This document shows, piece after piece, positions 10,769 through 19,482 of a DNA stretch of 64,000 bases. Numbering within the stretch: position 1 is the stretch's first letter; each line of letters opens with the position of its first letter. This DNA is from Gammaproteobacteria bacterium (GTDB taxonomy: Bacteria; Pseudomonadota; Gammaproteobacteria; SZUA-140). Both the position numbers and the translations under genes were made by a program. The DNA is taken from NCBI GenBank assembly GCA_016218365.1, contig JACREF010000011.1:9094-73093 (forward strand), read 5' to 3'. The notes below the pieces were generated by a model that did not search any database, was not told the DNA's origin, and saw only the letters and a program-made list of their open reading frames with translations.

Positions 10769-12469
10769 TTACGGTGATGATGACATCTGGCTGGTACGTT
10801 CCATGGTGTCGTTGATCATAGAGCTCCAGGTCGAGGCATTTTCGATCACGGTTGGCTTTAACAGGATGACCAGTTCCTTTTTGATGCGCGTCATCTTCTG
10901 GTGTTTGAACAGATTGCCGAGCAGCGGGATGTCGCCGAGCAACGGAATCGACGCGTCCGCGTCGCTGCTGGCCTCTTTCATCAGGCCGCCGATGATCACC
11001 ACCTGACCGTTCTTGGCGCGCACCATGTTGTCGGATTCCTGGATGCTGCTGAAGGCCAGTGGCAGGCTGAACTTCTGGTCGCTGACGGTGAAGGTCTTGT
11101 CGCGCTGCGTGACATCACTGACCGTTGGATGAATATGCAACGTGATGTTGTTGTTCTGGTCAATCTGTGGGGTGACGTCCAGGGCGATGCCGGAGAAGAA
11201 GGGGGTCAATTCAACCTCCGGGGCGCTGGTAGTGCTGGCGCCACTGGAGATCTGGCTGTTGCTGAGGCGGGTGACGAAGAATTCATCACCCCCGACCTTG
11301 ATCACGGCCTTCTGGTTGTTGACGGTGGAGATGCGCGGGCTGGACAGTACATGTACGCTGCCCTGGGTCTGCAGCATTTCGATAAAGGCCGCGAAGCCGG
11401 CCGCCTTCATTGATAGTGTGAAGATGCCGCCAAAGGCGGTGGTCTGTGCCGAATCGATCGGCAGATAGCCGGTACCCGGATTGAGGTCGCCTGCTGATCC
11501 GGCGATATTGCTGAGGCGGGTGCCGCCGAGCAGTGTCCCGCCGCCGATCTGCGATGCGGTGATGCTGGTGCTTGATTCGTTACCCAGCCCCCCCCAGTTG
11601 ATGCCGCTTTGAAATGAATTATTGAGCTCAACCTCAATGATCTTGGCCTCAAGGATAACCTGACGATTGACATTTAGTTGAGTAAGATTGAGAAAACGTT
11701 CGACCAGTTCCAGCTCGTTGGGCAATGCGTGGACGATGACCAGGCCAGCCTGGGGGTTGACCAGGGTCTTGCGGCCATCCTTGTCACCAATCAGCGCCGT
11801 CAATGAGCCCTGCAATTCCTTCCAGAAATCGCTATTTGATTTGGTCTCGACTTTGATGTTGTCATTCTGTGATGTCTGTGTACTGGCAGCTGTGGAGCCG
11901 CTGCCGGAGGACTGGGTCAGCTCGCCACCGCCCACTCGGGTCTGAGACTGGCCGCTACGGTTGAGGTTGAGGTAATCAACATGATAGATACGGGTCTGCA
12001 TTCCTTTACCCAGAATGACAAAGTTGTTGCCGTCACGGCTGTAGTCATAGCCGTATACACGCTTGATGGTCTTGAGTGTCTCTTCGATGGTCACATTTTT
12101 CAGATGTAGCGAGATCGATCCGCTGACCGAAGGATGGAAGGCGATGCTGTACGGGGTATCCTTGACCAGGCTGATCAATAGATCACGGACTGGCGTATTG
12201 TTGGTGGCCAGGTCAAAGCGCAGTTCCTTTGCCAGATGCTGCTTGCCCTTGGACGCACTGTTGAGTGGCGGCAGCATGGCCTGGCTGACGCTTTCCGGCA
12301 CAGTGGCTTCGGCGGCTACCGCATCCTGGTGGGCACGTTGCAGCATCGAGGTGATCTTTTTATGGGTCTGATCGCTCCACTGTCCGGGGTTGCTGGCGCA
12401 GCCGAACAACAGGGCCGTCGCAGCCATTATGCAGGATAAGGCGAACAATGACTTGATGGATCTGTTCAT
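10769..12469 (-). CDS. mshL: MSHA secretin MshL (GspD/PilQ family), lipoprotein signal
   Basis: Lipobox LLFGC; N0/N1-like domains; C-terminal secretin motif (VIIGGL...IPLLGDIPLLGNLF). Confidence 0.85.
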   Translation of the reverse strand: MNRSIKSLFALSCIMAATALLFGCASNPGQWSDQTHKKITSMLQRAHQDAVAAEATVPESVSQAMLPPLNSASKGKQHLAKELRFDLATNNTPVRDLLISLVKDTPYSIAFHPSVSGSISLHLKNVTIEETLKTIKRVYGYDYSRDGNNFVILGKGMQTRIYHVDYLNLNRSGQSQTRVGGGELTQSSGSGSTAASTQTSQNDNIKVETKSNSDFWKELQGSLTALIGDKDGRKTLVNPQAGLVIVHALPNELELVERFLNLTQLNVNRQVILEAKIIEVELNNSFQSGINWGGLGNESSTSITASQIGGGTLLGGTRLSNIAGSAGDLNPGTGYLPIDSAQTTAFGGIFTLSMKAAGFAAFIEMLQTQGSVHVLSSPRISTVNNQKAVIKVGGDEFFVTRLSNSQISSGASTTSAPEVELTPFFSGIALDVTPQIDQNNNITLHIHPTVSDVTQRDKTFTVSDQKFSLPLAFSSIQESDNMVRAKNGQVVIIGGLMKEASSDADASIPLLGDIPLLGNLFKHQKMTRIKKELVILLKPTVIENASTWSSMINDTMERTSQMSSSP

Positions 12470-12852
12470 TTATGTGCGACCCATTGTTTTATTATAGTGT
12501 TGTCAACGATGGACAGTGTACGGGTGACGCCCTGGTAGATGATCGTGGCCTCATTGTTGCGCACCGCCAGCAGCTTCGCGCCTTCGATAGTCATGCCCAC
12601 CGGTATGGCATGGCCATTGATGACGGCCAGTTTGCGATCGGCGGAGATGATCGTGGATTGCAGCTCCAGCCGCGACGCGGCATCAGAACGCTGCGCACCA
12701 TCTGTCTGTGGCTTGAGGGTCATGAAATGCAGCGGGTCGGGCAGAGTGTCGATGCCGTCATTGTCAGCCGCCCGCAGCGCCGCGTGCGGCGCCAACAGTG
12801 CCACGGTCAGCAGCGATAAGATCATGATTATATGTATAGTTGATCGCGACAC
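12466..12852 (-). CDS. mshK: MshK-like small secreted pilus biogenesis protein
   Basis: 128 aa with signal peptide, immediately upstream of the secretin with a 4-nt overlap. Confidence 0.5.
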   Translation of the reverse strand: MSRSTIHIIMILSLLTVALLAPHAALRAADNDGIDTLPDPLHFMTLKPQTDGAQRSDAASRLELQSTIISADRKLAVINGHAIPVGMTIEGAKLLAVRNNEATIIYQGVTRTLSIVDNTIIKQWVAHK

Positions 12853-12855
12853 CTG

Positions 12856-13539
12856 CTATACCTCCAGCCAGGTCTGTTGCGTGCTCAGCGTATAGAGCTC
12901 GAGGGTGATGATTGAGTAGGGCGCGGTATCTGAGCGCACGGTGGCGCTGCGCAGCAGCATCCTTTGCTGTTGTGATTCGATGCCGCGCAGAAAGCGGACA
13001 ATGTGGCTGAAATCTCCCTTCAGCGTGACGGAGACGCCATGTCGATATAGCTGTTGAATAGTGTGACCGGGCGCGGTGCTAAGATCCTTCGCGGCCGGGT
13101 CAGTAACGGCGATCGGTTGCGGGGCGCTGTTTTTTAGCGCCAATACTGTCAGCTGATGGGTCGTGCCAGTCAGTTCCCTGATCAGTGTTGTCATCTGCTC
13201 CGGCGTGGTCAGGGTGCGGGTGAGTCCTGCCAGTGCTGCCCGTGATTGTTGCAGCTGTTGTTGCAGTTCAGTCAACCGTTGCTGGCGGGCAGCGAGCTGG
13301 CTGCCAGGCGCCGTAATCAGGCTTGATGTCATGACAGACAGCTTCTGCTGCGCAGCATCCGCCAGCGCCTGGCGGTTTTTATGCGCGGCAGTCAATGGCG
13401 AGAATAGCAGCGCGTCTGCCACGGCATACAGGATCGCAATGCCTGTCAGCAGCAGTATGATGCGCTCGCGGGCCGAGCGTTTGTTCAGCTGCTCGCTGAT
13501 AATCTCCAGAGATGACCGGGTCTCGGTCTGCATGGTCAA
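12856..13539 (-). CDS. mshJ: MshJ (PilO-like) single-TM inner-membrane pilus assembly protein
   Basis: N-terminal TM (RIILLLTGIAILYAV), coiled-coil then C-terminal domain; synteny. Confidence 0.6.
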   Translation of the reverse strand: MTMQTETRSSLEIISEQLNKRSARERIILLLTGIAILYAVADALLFSPLTAAHKNRQALADAAQQKLSVMTSSLITAPGSQLAARQQRLTELQQQLQQSRAALAGLTRTLTTPEQMTTLIRELTGTTHQLTVLALKNSAPQPIAVTDPAAKDLSTAPGHTIQQLYRHGVSVTLKGDFSHIVRFLRGIESQQQRMLLRSATVRSDTAPYSIITLELYTLSTQQTWLEV

Positions 13540-14138
13540 CCCTCGTCACCCTTGTTGTTGAGAGTGAACTGGATCATCGGTGTGGCCTTGTTATCCTGTT
13601 GTTCGGGTGTCGATATCGTCAGCGCATTGAACCCGGTGCCGGACAAGACGGCCTCCCGGGTCAGGTTCCCGATGTATTGCGGGATCAGCTCGGCCAGCGT
13701 GGATTCCCCGGCCAGGCCGGCCAGCCGGGCATTGCCTTCGATGTCGATGCCGGTAAGGCGCAGACCGTCGACATGCTGCCTGGCCAGTGCAATCAGCGCC
13801 TCGGAGTATTTGCCGCTGGCCGTGGGCAGTTCGGCGGCAATGGCTGCACGGGTATGGTTCAGTGCGGCCAACTGCTGTTCGTGCTGGTCGATGTCGCGGT
13901 TGATGTCCTGCAGTCGCTGTTGCGGATTGTTCAGGCGCAGACTCTCGACCGTGGCATCGATACTGGCAGTGGTCGCGGCGAGCTGCCGGTCCAGCGTCCG
14001 TATCGCCTGGACCTGGTAAGCAACGAGCGCCAGCCCCGGCGTGATGGCGAGCAGGGCGATCAGCAGCAGCATTTTGCCCTGGCGTTGCAGCGTGCCGGCG
14101 CCGCTGGCGGGTCGGAACAGGTTGATCTCGGTGCTCAT
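13536..14138 (-). CDS. mshI2: MshI C-terminal part / PilN-like protein (separate ORF)
   Basis: Start at MSTEINLFRPA...; single TM (MLLLIALLAITPGLALVAY) plus coiled coil; ATGA overlap with the upstream PilM-like ORF. Confidence 0.55.
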   Translation of the reverse strand: MSTEINLFRPASGAGTLQRQGKMLLLIALLAITPGLALVAYQVQAIRTLDRQLAATTASIDATVESLRLNNPQQRLQDINRDIDQHEQQLAALNHTRAAIAAELPTASGKYSEALIALARQHVDGLRLTGIDIEGNARLAGLAGESTLAELIPQYIGNLTREAVLSGTGFNALTISTPEQQDNKATPMIQFTLNNKGDEG

Positions 14139-15127
14139 GCTGTAACACTTCCCTTGCGCAAGGCGGCGCCGATGGCGGTGAAATAGCGGTGTTGTTCGGC
14201 GAGCGGCAGCGGTTGTCGGCATTCTATCAACGTGCCGAGATCCAGCAGTTCGGCACTGACGCCGAGACTGGACCGGATCTGTTCGAGCAGATCAGGCATC
14301 TGTTCCGGCAGCGGGGCTACGGCAAGGTGCTTGATCGCCGGCATCCGGAAGTGGCTTTGGTAAAAATCCAGCGTCCGTTGTATCTCGAGCAGCATGCTTG
14401 CGATGGCCTCATCGCGGGTGGTGGTATCGAGCAAAAATTCGCCGCTGACCGAAAGATGCCGGCACAGATAGAGTTCACCGCCGCGGGTAATGGTCAGGAT
14501 GCCATCGTGTTTGTTGATCCTCAGCAGCGCGACGCCGTGGGCGTCATCGGCCAGCAATGTGGCGATATTGCGTTGTGCCAGCTCGACGATATCGATGATC
14601 TGCAGATTGATCCCGGCAGACGTGATCTGGGACACGGCCTTTTGCACCACATCATTCTTGGCGGCTACCACATAGACCTGTGCCGGGGCCGAGCTGTTCT
14701 CCGGCTGCGGGATCCGGATGGTATCCAGCGTCAGATTGTCCTCCGGGATATTGACCAGATCCTTGATCTTCCAGCGCATCGCCGAGCGCAGCTCATCGTC
14801 GTTGACGGCCGGGGCGTCGGTCAGCAGCAATTTGTAGCCCTGTTGCTCCAGTGCCGTGGTGCAGCGGGCATGTTTGAGGTTATGGTTGCGACTGATGTTT
14901 TTCAGCAGCGTCTGCACGTCATCACAGCCGGCATACGGATAATATTCGCAGTAATCGAGGACCGGCGGACGTTCGTGCGCGCCCGGTCTCGTGGCCAGGC
15001 CACGCCGTTCCGGGCGACGGGTGATATGGGCTGCGACGATGCCATGCGGGCCGAAATCGAGCCCGGTCAGGCCAACCGTTGTTTTGTTTTTATTTAGTGA
15101 AAATAACAAGTTATTTCCCTGCGCCAT
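14135..15127 (-). CDS. mshI: MshI N-terminal part / PilM-like actin-fold ATPase-like protein
   Basis: TTVGLTGLDFGPHGIVAAHI resembles the PilM/FtsA phosphate-1 motif; synteny before PilN/PilO-like genes. Confidence 0.6.
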   Translation of the reverse strand: MAQGNNLLFSLNKNKTTVGLTGLDFGPHGIVAAHITRRPERRGLATRPGAHERPPVLDYCEYYPYAGCDDVQTLLKNISRNHNLKHARCTTALEQQGYKLLLTDAPAVNDDELRSAMRWKIKDLVNIPEDNLTLDTIRIPQPENSSAPAQVYVVAAKNDVVQKAVSQITSAGINLQIIDIVELAQRNIATLLADDAHGVALLRINKHDGILTITRGGELYLCRHLSVSGEFLLDTTTRDEAIASMLLEIQRTLDFYQSHFRMPAIKHLAVAPLPEQMPDLLEQIRSSLGVSAELLDLGTLIECRQPLPLAEQHRYFTAIGAALRKGSVTA

Positions 15128-15233
15128 GGTTCCATGTGTTTTTGTCGCGCAACATCAGCTTCTTGTCGTATGAATTATCGACAGCTGAAAAATTAACTTG
15201 ATTTTCTGCAGTGTTGGGGGAAGCGGAGGCGTT

Positions 15234-16211
15234 TTACCAGCTGATGACCTCGACGATACCGGGGCCGGTCAGCGAGACATCGTCAAAATAGAGGTAACTG
15301 CTGGCGCCGACACCACCGCAGCTGCTGCTGCAATTGCGCAGGTGATAAGCCAGCCGGACCTTGTTGATGGTCTTGCCGGCCGGCACGGTCCACGTGAACG
15401 GGGCGACGTTGGTCCAGGCCAGCGTATTGATCGCACAGTCGCTGGTCCAGGGCCGGTACAGCGTGCCGTCGGTGGCGACCAGGTCCAGGCCGTAGTCGAA
15501 GGTTCTCGGCGTTGGCGAACCGATGCTTCTGCTGTGCGCCAGGCTGATGGTGATGTTGGCATATTCACCGAGCGGGACGCCGAGCGTCGCCTCCCGGTAG
15601 CCGGCCATGCGGCTGCCATTGGTGTTGGAGGTCAGCGTAACCCTCAGCGAGCCGCCGCTGGAGCCGGTGTTATTGCTGGCGTTATAGGCGACCGCGCCAT
15701 TGCTGCCATTGCTGGTGTTGGAACTTGAAAGCGGTATGGGGCAAAAGTCCCGGCGTACCGTGGAACTGCTGCTGCCCCAGTTGGCGATATTCGGGAACGG
15801 TTCAACCAGGCTGCCATACCAGCCGCGGTTGAAGATGGCATCGACGGTGCTGGACAGATTGGCCGGGCTGGCGGTGATGCTGGCGGTGCTGAGCAGCCGG
15901 ATCTGGCCGGCTGGCAGGGCGGCGCCGCTGCGGTCTAGCGCACTGGTGGTGACGGTGAAGGTACCGAGGCCATAGTTGACCGGACCGGCCCCGCTATAAC
16001 TGGTCGGCGCCAGGCCCCAGCCGCGCGCGCCGTATTCCAGGCCCGCCTCGGCGATGTACAGGGCAGTGGCAGACTGGCGATGGCTCAGCGCGGTGCGCAG
16101 GCTGTCGGTGAACATGGCGGCCAGTGCCGTGCCCAGCAGGCCTACTACCACGATCAGCGCCAGTGTCACGAGCAGCAGTGAGCCGCGCTGGCTGTCACGG
16201 CTGCGACTCAT
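15234..16211 (-). CDS. Pilin-like protein with PilX N-terminal domain and Ser/Asn/Gly-rich C-terminal region (MshP/MshQ-analogue, candidate tip adhesin)
   Basis: QRGSLLLVTLALIVVVGLLGTALAAM = PilX_N-type hydrophobic segment; C-terminal half is low-complexity S/N/G/T-rich. Confidence 0.5.
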   Translation of the reverse strand: MSRSRDSQRGSLLLVTLALIVVVGLLGTALAAMFTDSLRTALSHRQSATALYIAEAGLEYGARGWGLAPTSYSGAGPVNYGLGTFTVTTSALDRSGAALPAGQIRLLSTASITASPANLSSTVDAIFNRGWYGSLVEPFPNIANWGSSSSTVRRDFCPIPLSSSNTSNGSNGAVAYNASNNTGSSGGSLRVTLTSNTNGSRMAGYREATLGVPLGEYANITISLAHSRSIGSPTPRTFDYGLDLVATDGTLYRPWTSDCAINTLAWTNVAPFTWTVPAGKTINKVRLAYHLRNCSSSCGGVGASSYLYFDDVSLTGPGIVEVISW

Positions 16212-16717
16212 AGCCTTCTCGGATGGACGGTGGTCTGGAAGGTCCGGCTGTTGGCGTCGACGGTGAACGCCAGCGTGGCGATGACATAATAGACGCTGCT
16301 GCGGGTGCTGGTGACCGTCTTGCCGTCATTCTGCACATAGCTGAAGCCCAGGCTGGTGATATTGTCGGCCAGTGGCTGGCTGTTGCGCATCAGCGTGGCC
16401 CCGCTCTTCCAGTATCGGATTGTGGTGCCGTACAGATCGACAAAAGTGATCTCGGTCGTCGGGCTGATGGTCAGATCACCGCTCGCGGTGGAGCGGATGT
16501 TACGCAGATCGCTGCTCAACCGCGTTATCGCCAGCTGGCCCTGCCAATCGATCTCGTTGAGATTCTTGGTGGTGGTCCAGCCGCCGAGCCCGCGTTCCAG
16601 CATCCGGTAGCCGATGCTGGCGACGATGGCCAATATCATGATGGTGACGATGAGCTCGATCAGCGTGAAACCACGGCTAGAGGCAGCAGCACGGTCATGA
16701 CGGTGGCGGGACATCAT
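16208..16717 (-). CDS. MSHA minor pilin (prepilin-type N-terminal cleavage/methylation domain)
   Basis: SRGFTLIELIVTIMILAIVASIG prepilin signature; 4-nt overlaps with both neighbours. Confidence 0.6.
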   Translation of the reverse strand: MMSRHRHDRAAASSRGFTLIELIVTIMILAIVASIGYRMLERGLGGWTTTKNLNEIDWQGQLAITRLSSDLRNIRSTASGDLTISPTTEITFVDLYGTTIRYWKSGATLMRNSQPLADNITSLGFSYVQNDGKTVTSTRSSVYYVIATLAFTVDANSRTFQTTVHPRRL

Positions 16718-17115
16718 TGTTGCAGGTCCGTGACCAGGGCCTTCAGCGTCGCATCCCCCTTGCCCGAGACCGTCACCGTGATGTCACGGTAATTGCTGCT
16801 GCCGGACCAGGTGGCCGCATAGCTGCTGGTCACGGTGTAACCGCTGGGGATCGGGGTGCAGGCGCTATGGGTCGCGGCCGGTGCACTGGTGCAGGGATCA
16901 AAATTGGCGTTGGTAAAGGTGGTCAGGCCCATGGCCTTGCGGCGCTGGCCGAGGATCAGTTCCATGCGTTCCCGGGCCAGACCGGTGGCGACCAGGGTCT
17001 GGCTGGGACGGCTGCTGCCAAACAGGGTGTTGGTAAAGGTCTGCATCAGGCCGATGGCGAGGATGCCGACCACCATAATGAAGATGATCAATTCGATCAG
17101 CGTAAAGCCCTGCAT
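16714..17115 (-). CDS. MSHA minor pilin (start set at MQGFTLIELIIF; the ORF track extends it to 17172)
   Basis: G|FTLIEL prepilin cleavage motif immediately after the internal Met. Confidence 0.55.
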   Translation of the reverse strand: MQGFTLIELIIFIMVVGILAIGLMQTFTNTLFGSSRPSQTLVATGLARERMELILGQRRKAMGLTTFTNANFDPCTSAPAATHSACTPIPSGYTVTSSYAATWSGSSNYRDITVTVSGKGDATLKALVTDLQQ

Positions 17116-17168
17116 GGGGGCCACGGATCGCCGACGGCCGGCGGCAGCGGGCATGGCCTGTATCGACG

Positions 17169-17753
17169 TCACTGCAGCGCCACCCGGCCGGTTTCCGGAC
17201 TGATCGTCAGCTGGCGCGTCTCACTGCCCTGGGTCAGCGTGACGGTGGCCGTGCTGGCCAGGGCCGTACCCGGCAATGTGGTGGTGGTATACGGGATGCC
17301 GCTGGAATCGAAGACGATCTGGCTGTAGGGGGCGCTCAAGGTCATGGTGGCGGGCAGCGTTACCTGGCTGGCGCCGCTGGAGGGCTGGGCGATCACCGTA
17401 CCAACGCGGTCCTTGAGGGCATAATTGCCGGCGGCGAACACGATCTGGTAGCGCATGTTCTGCCGCGTCATCGCCAGCGACTGGGTGTAACGGATATCGG
17501 CGGCCAGCTGCCTGATCTGGCCATCCAGTTTCAGTGTGGCGGCCGGCCAGCGGGCGATGATGCTGACCGAGATGACGGCGATGATCACCATCACCATGAC
17601 CAGCTCGATCAGCGTGAAGCCATTTTCGGTAGTGAAAAAAGAGGCCCGGCGCTGCCAGCATCGCGGGACGGTGGCAGCGGCCGGGCGGCCAACGGACGCC
17701 TGGTCTCCAGGCGATGCGCTAGCTATCACATCGGGAACACCTCTCCATGACAT
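17169..17753 (-). CDS. MSHA minor pilin, GspH/FimT-like; start codon unresolved
   Basis: ENGFTLIELVMVMVIIAVISVSIIA prepilin motif, but no in-frame ATG within ~45 codons upstream. An adjacent frame has an ATG and would join after a 1-nt change in a T6 tract. Confidence 0.45.
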   Translation of the reverse strand: MSWRGVPDVIASASPGDQASVGRPAAATVPRCWQRRASFFTTENGFTLIELVMVMVIIAVISVSIIARWPAATLKLDGQIRQLAADIRYTQSLAMTRQNMRYQIVFAAGNYALKDRVGTVIAQPSSGASQVTLPATMTLSAPYSQIVFDSSGIPYTTTTLPGTALASTATVTLTQGSETRQLTISPETGRVALQ

Positions 17754-17766
17754 GGGCGATCATGTA

Positions 17767-18150
17767 TCAGTTGACGCCCAGCCCGACAAAGGTCGCGGTG
17801 TTGTCCGGGGTCTGATTGTCGTGCAAGGTACAGGTGGCCGCTGCGTCGGCGGCGATCGCCCCGGCGGTGATCGTCCAGCCCGTCGGCAGCGGTGACTGCA
17901 GGGCACTTGACACATCGGTACAGTTGGCAACCGCTACGCCCTTGGCCGAGTTGGCCGAGCGGGCGGCATAATTGATCGCCGAGGCGGAACCCAGTCCGCC
18001 AGCGACGCCGGCAACGCTGGCGGTGCGGGCGTCGGCCGTCAGGTTAATGAATTTCGGGATGGCGACAGCAGCCAGGATACCCAGGATGACGATGACCATG
18101 ACCAGTTCGATCAGCGTGAAGCCCCGTTGTCTGTTAAGTTGCTTGTTCAT
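17767..18150 (-). CDS. mshA: MSHA major pilin MshA
   Basis: MNKQLNRQRGFTLIELVMVIVILGILAAVAIPKFINLTADAR: classic type IVa/MSHA prepilin leader and N-terminal helix. Confidence 0.8.
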   Translation of the reverse strand: MNKQLNRQRGFTLIELVMVIVILGILAAVAIPKFINLTADARTASVAGVAGGLGSASAINYAARSANSAKGVAVANCTDVSSALQSPLPTGWTITAGAIAADAAATCTLHDNQTPDNTATFVGLGVN

Positions 18151-18256
18151 AGTGTTCCTCTGAAAGTATGTTCCAGCAGTGATAAATGCCCCATGCGCAG
18201 AATATGTCGGTATAAATCAGCCAAACTTTAGGCGGTTTTGACCGGCGCGTGCCCGG

Positions 18257-19480
18257 CTAATGCATCGCGGCCGCCCCCAGGCCCCACATCGGCAGGAAGA
18301 CGCCCAGCGCCACCACCAGGATGATGGCACCCAGTACGGTGATCAGGATCGGCTCGATCGAGGTGCTGAGGGTGTCCAGTTGCTGGTCGACCTCCCGGTC
18401 GTAATAGGCGGCCAGTTCATTGAGCACCGTCTCCAGCGCACCGCTTTGCTCGCCGACGCTGATCATCTGGATCGCCAGCGCCGGAAAGGCCTGGGTCAGC
18501 GTTGCCGCCCGGGAGATCGAAGTACCATTTTTTATTTCACTCTCGATGGCGAAGATCTTTTCGGCCAGAAAGCGGTTATCGATGGTCTTGCCGGTGATGT
18601 TCAGTCCGAGATTGACCGGGACCCCGGCAGCCGTGGTCGTCGAAAGTGTGGTGGCAAAGCGCGACATCGCGCTGTTGTACAGGATCAGGCCGATCAGCGG
18701 GATCTGCAGTTTGTAGCGGTCCCAGCGGTAGGCCCCCTGCTCGGTGGCGAGATATTTCCTTGCCGCGACGACGGCGATGACGGCGGCCGCGATCAGCAGG
18801 TAGCTGTAATGGACCATCAGGTCGGAGAAACCGATCATGATCCGGGTGATCAGCGGCAGTTCGGAGTTGAACTGGCGGAAGATATGGGCAAAGGCCGGCA
18901 CAACGAATACGTTGATGACAATCAGCGCGAAGAACAGAAAGGTCACGACGATGATCGGGTAGCGCAAGGCGGAGCGTGCCTTGGTGGAGGCGCCCTGTAC
19001 TTTTTCCAGATAAGTGACCAGCTGCAGGAAGGCACGGGGCAGGTTGCCGCTGGATTCGCCGATCTCAATGATGCCGGTGATCATCAGCGGGAAGACATCG
19101 CTGCGGTTGCGCATCGCCGCGGTCAGCGACAGTCCGCTGTCCAGGCCGTTGATGACGTTATGGATGACGCTGTTGAGGCTGGGGTTGCTGGTTGAGTCAT
19201 TGATGATGTGCAGTGCCGAGATGATCGGGACGCCGGTGCGCAGCAGCGTATGCATCTGGCGGAAGAAGAAGATCAGGTCGCGCTGTTTGATCGGATGGCG
19301 CAGCCGGGCCAGTGCGGCCTGGAACTGCAGGCCCGAATGGCTGACAGTGGCAGTGATATCTATCGGAATGATGCCGCGCTGATTGAGGTAACCGGCAACG
19401 GCCATCTTGTCGCTGGCATCAAGCTGACCGGTGACGAGCTGGCGGCGGTGATCGCGCCCGCTGTAGGAAAAGACCGGCAT
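18257..19480 (-). CDS. mshG: MSHA platform protein MshG (GspF/PilC family)
   Basis: Start at MPVFSYSGRD... overlapping the mshE stop; two GspF repeats, 3 TM. Confidence 0.85.
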   Translation of the reverse strand: MPVFSYSGRDHRRQLVTGQLDASDKMAVAGYLNQRGIIPIDITATVSHSGLQFQAALARLRHPIKQRDLIFFFRQMHTLLRTGVPIISALHIINDSTSNPSLNSVIHNVINGLDSGLSLTAAMRNRSDVFPLMITGIIEIGESSGNLPRAFLQLVTYLEKVQGASTKARSALRYPIIVVTFLFFALIVINVFVVPAFAHIFRQFNSELPLITRIMIGFSDLMVHYSYLLIAAAVIAVVAARKYLATEQGAYRWDRYKLQIPLIGLILYNSAMSRFATTLSTTTAAGVPVNLGLNITGKTIDNRFLAEKIFAIESEIKNGTSISRAATLTQAFPALAIQMISVGEQSGALETVLNELAAYYDREVDQQLDTLSTSIEPILITVLGAIILVVALGVFLPMWGLGAAAMH

Positions 19481-19482
19481 CG

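Noticed and set aside
18151-18256. Possible sigma-54 (-24/-12) promoter upstream of mshA (ctGGaacatacttTCa)
   Set aside because: -12 element is TC rather than GC and spacing is off. Too weak to call without a PWM scan.
10103-19195. Plus-strand ORFs across the MSHA locus (10103-10708, 10901-11413, 13512-14186, 14189-15097, 16223-16792, 16717-17328, 18260-19195)
   Set aside because: Antisense to contiguous, motif-supported pilus genes; composition typical of GC-rich out-of-frame translation.
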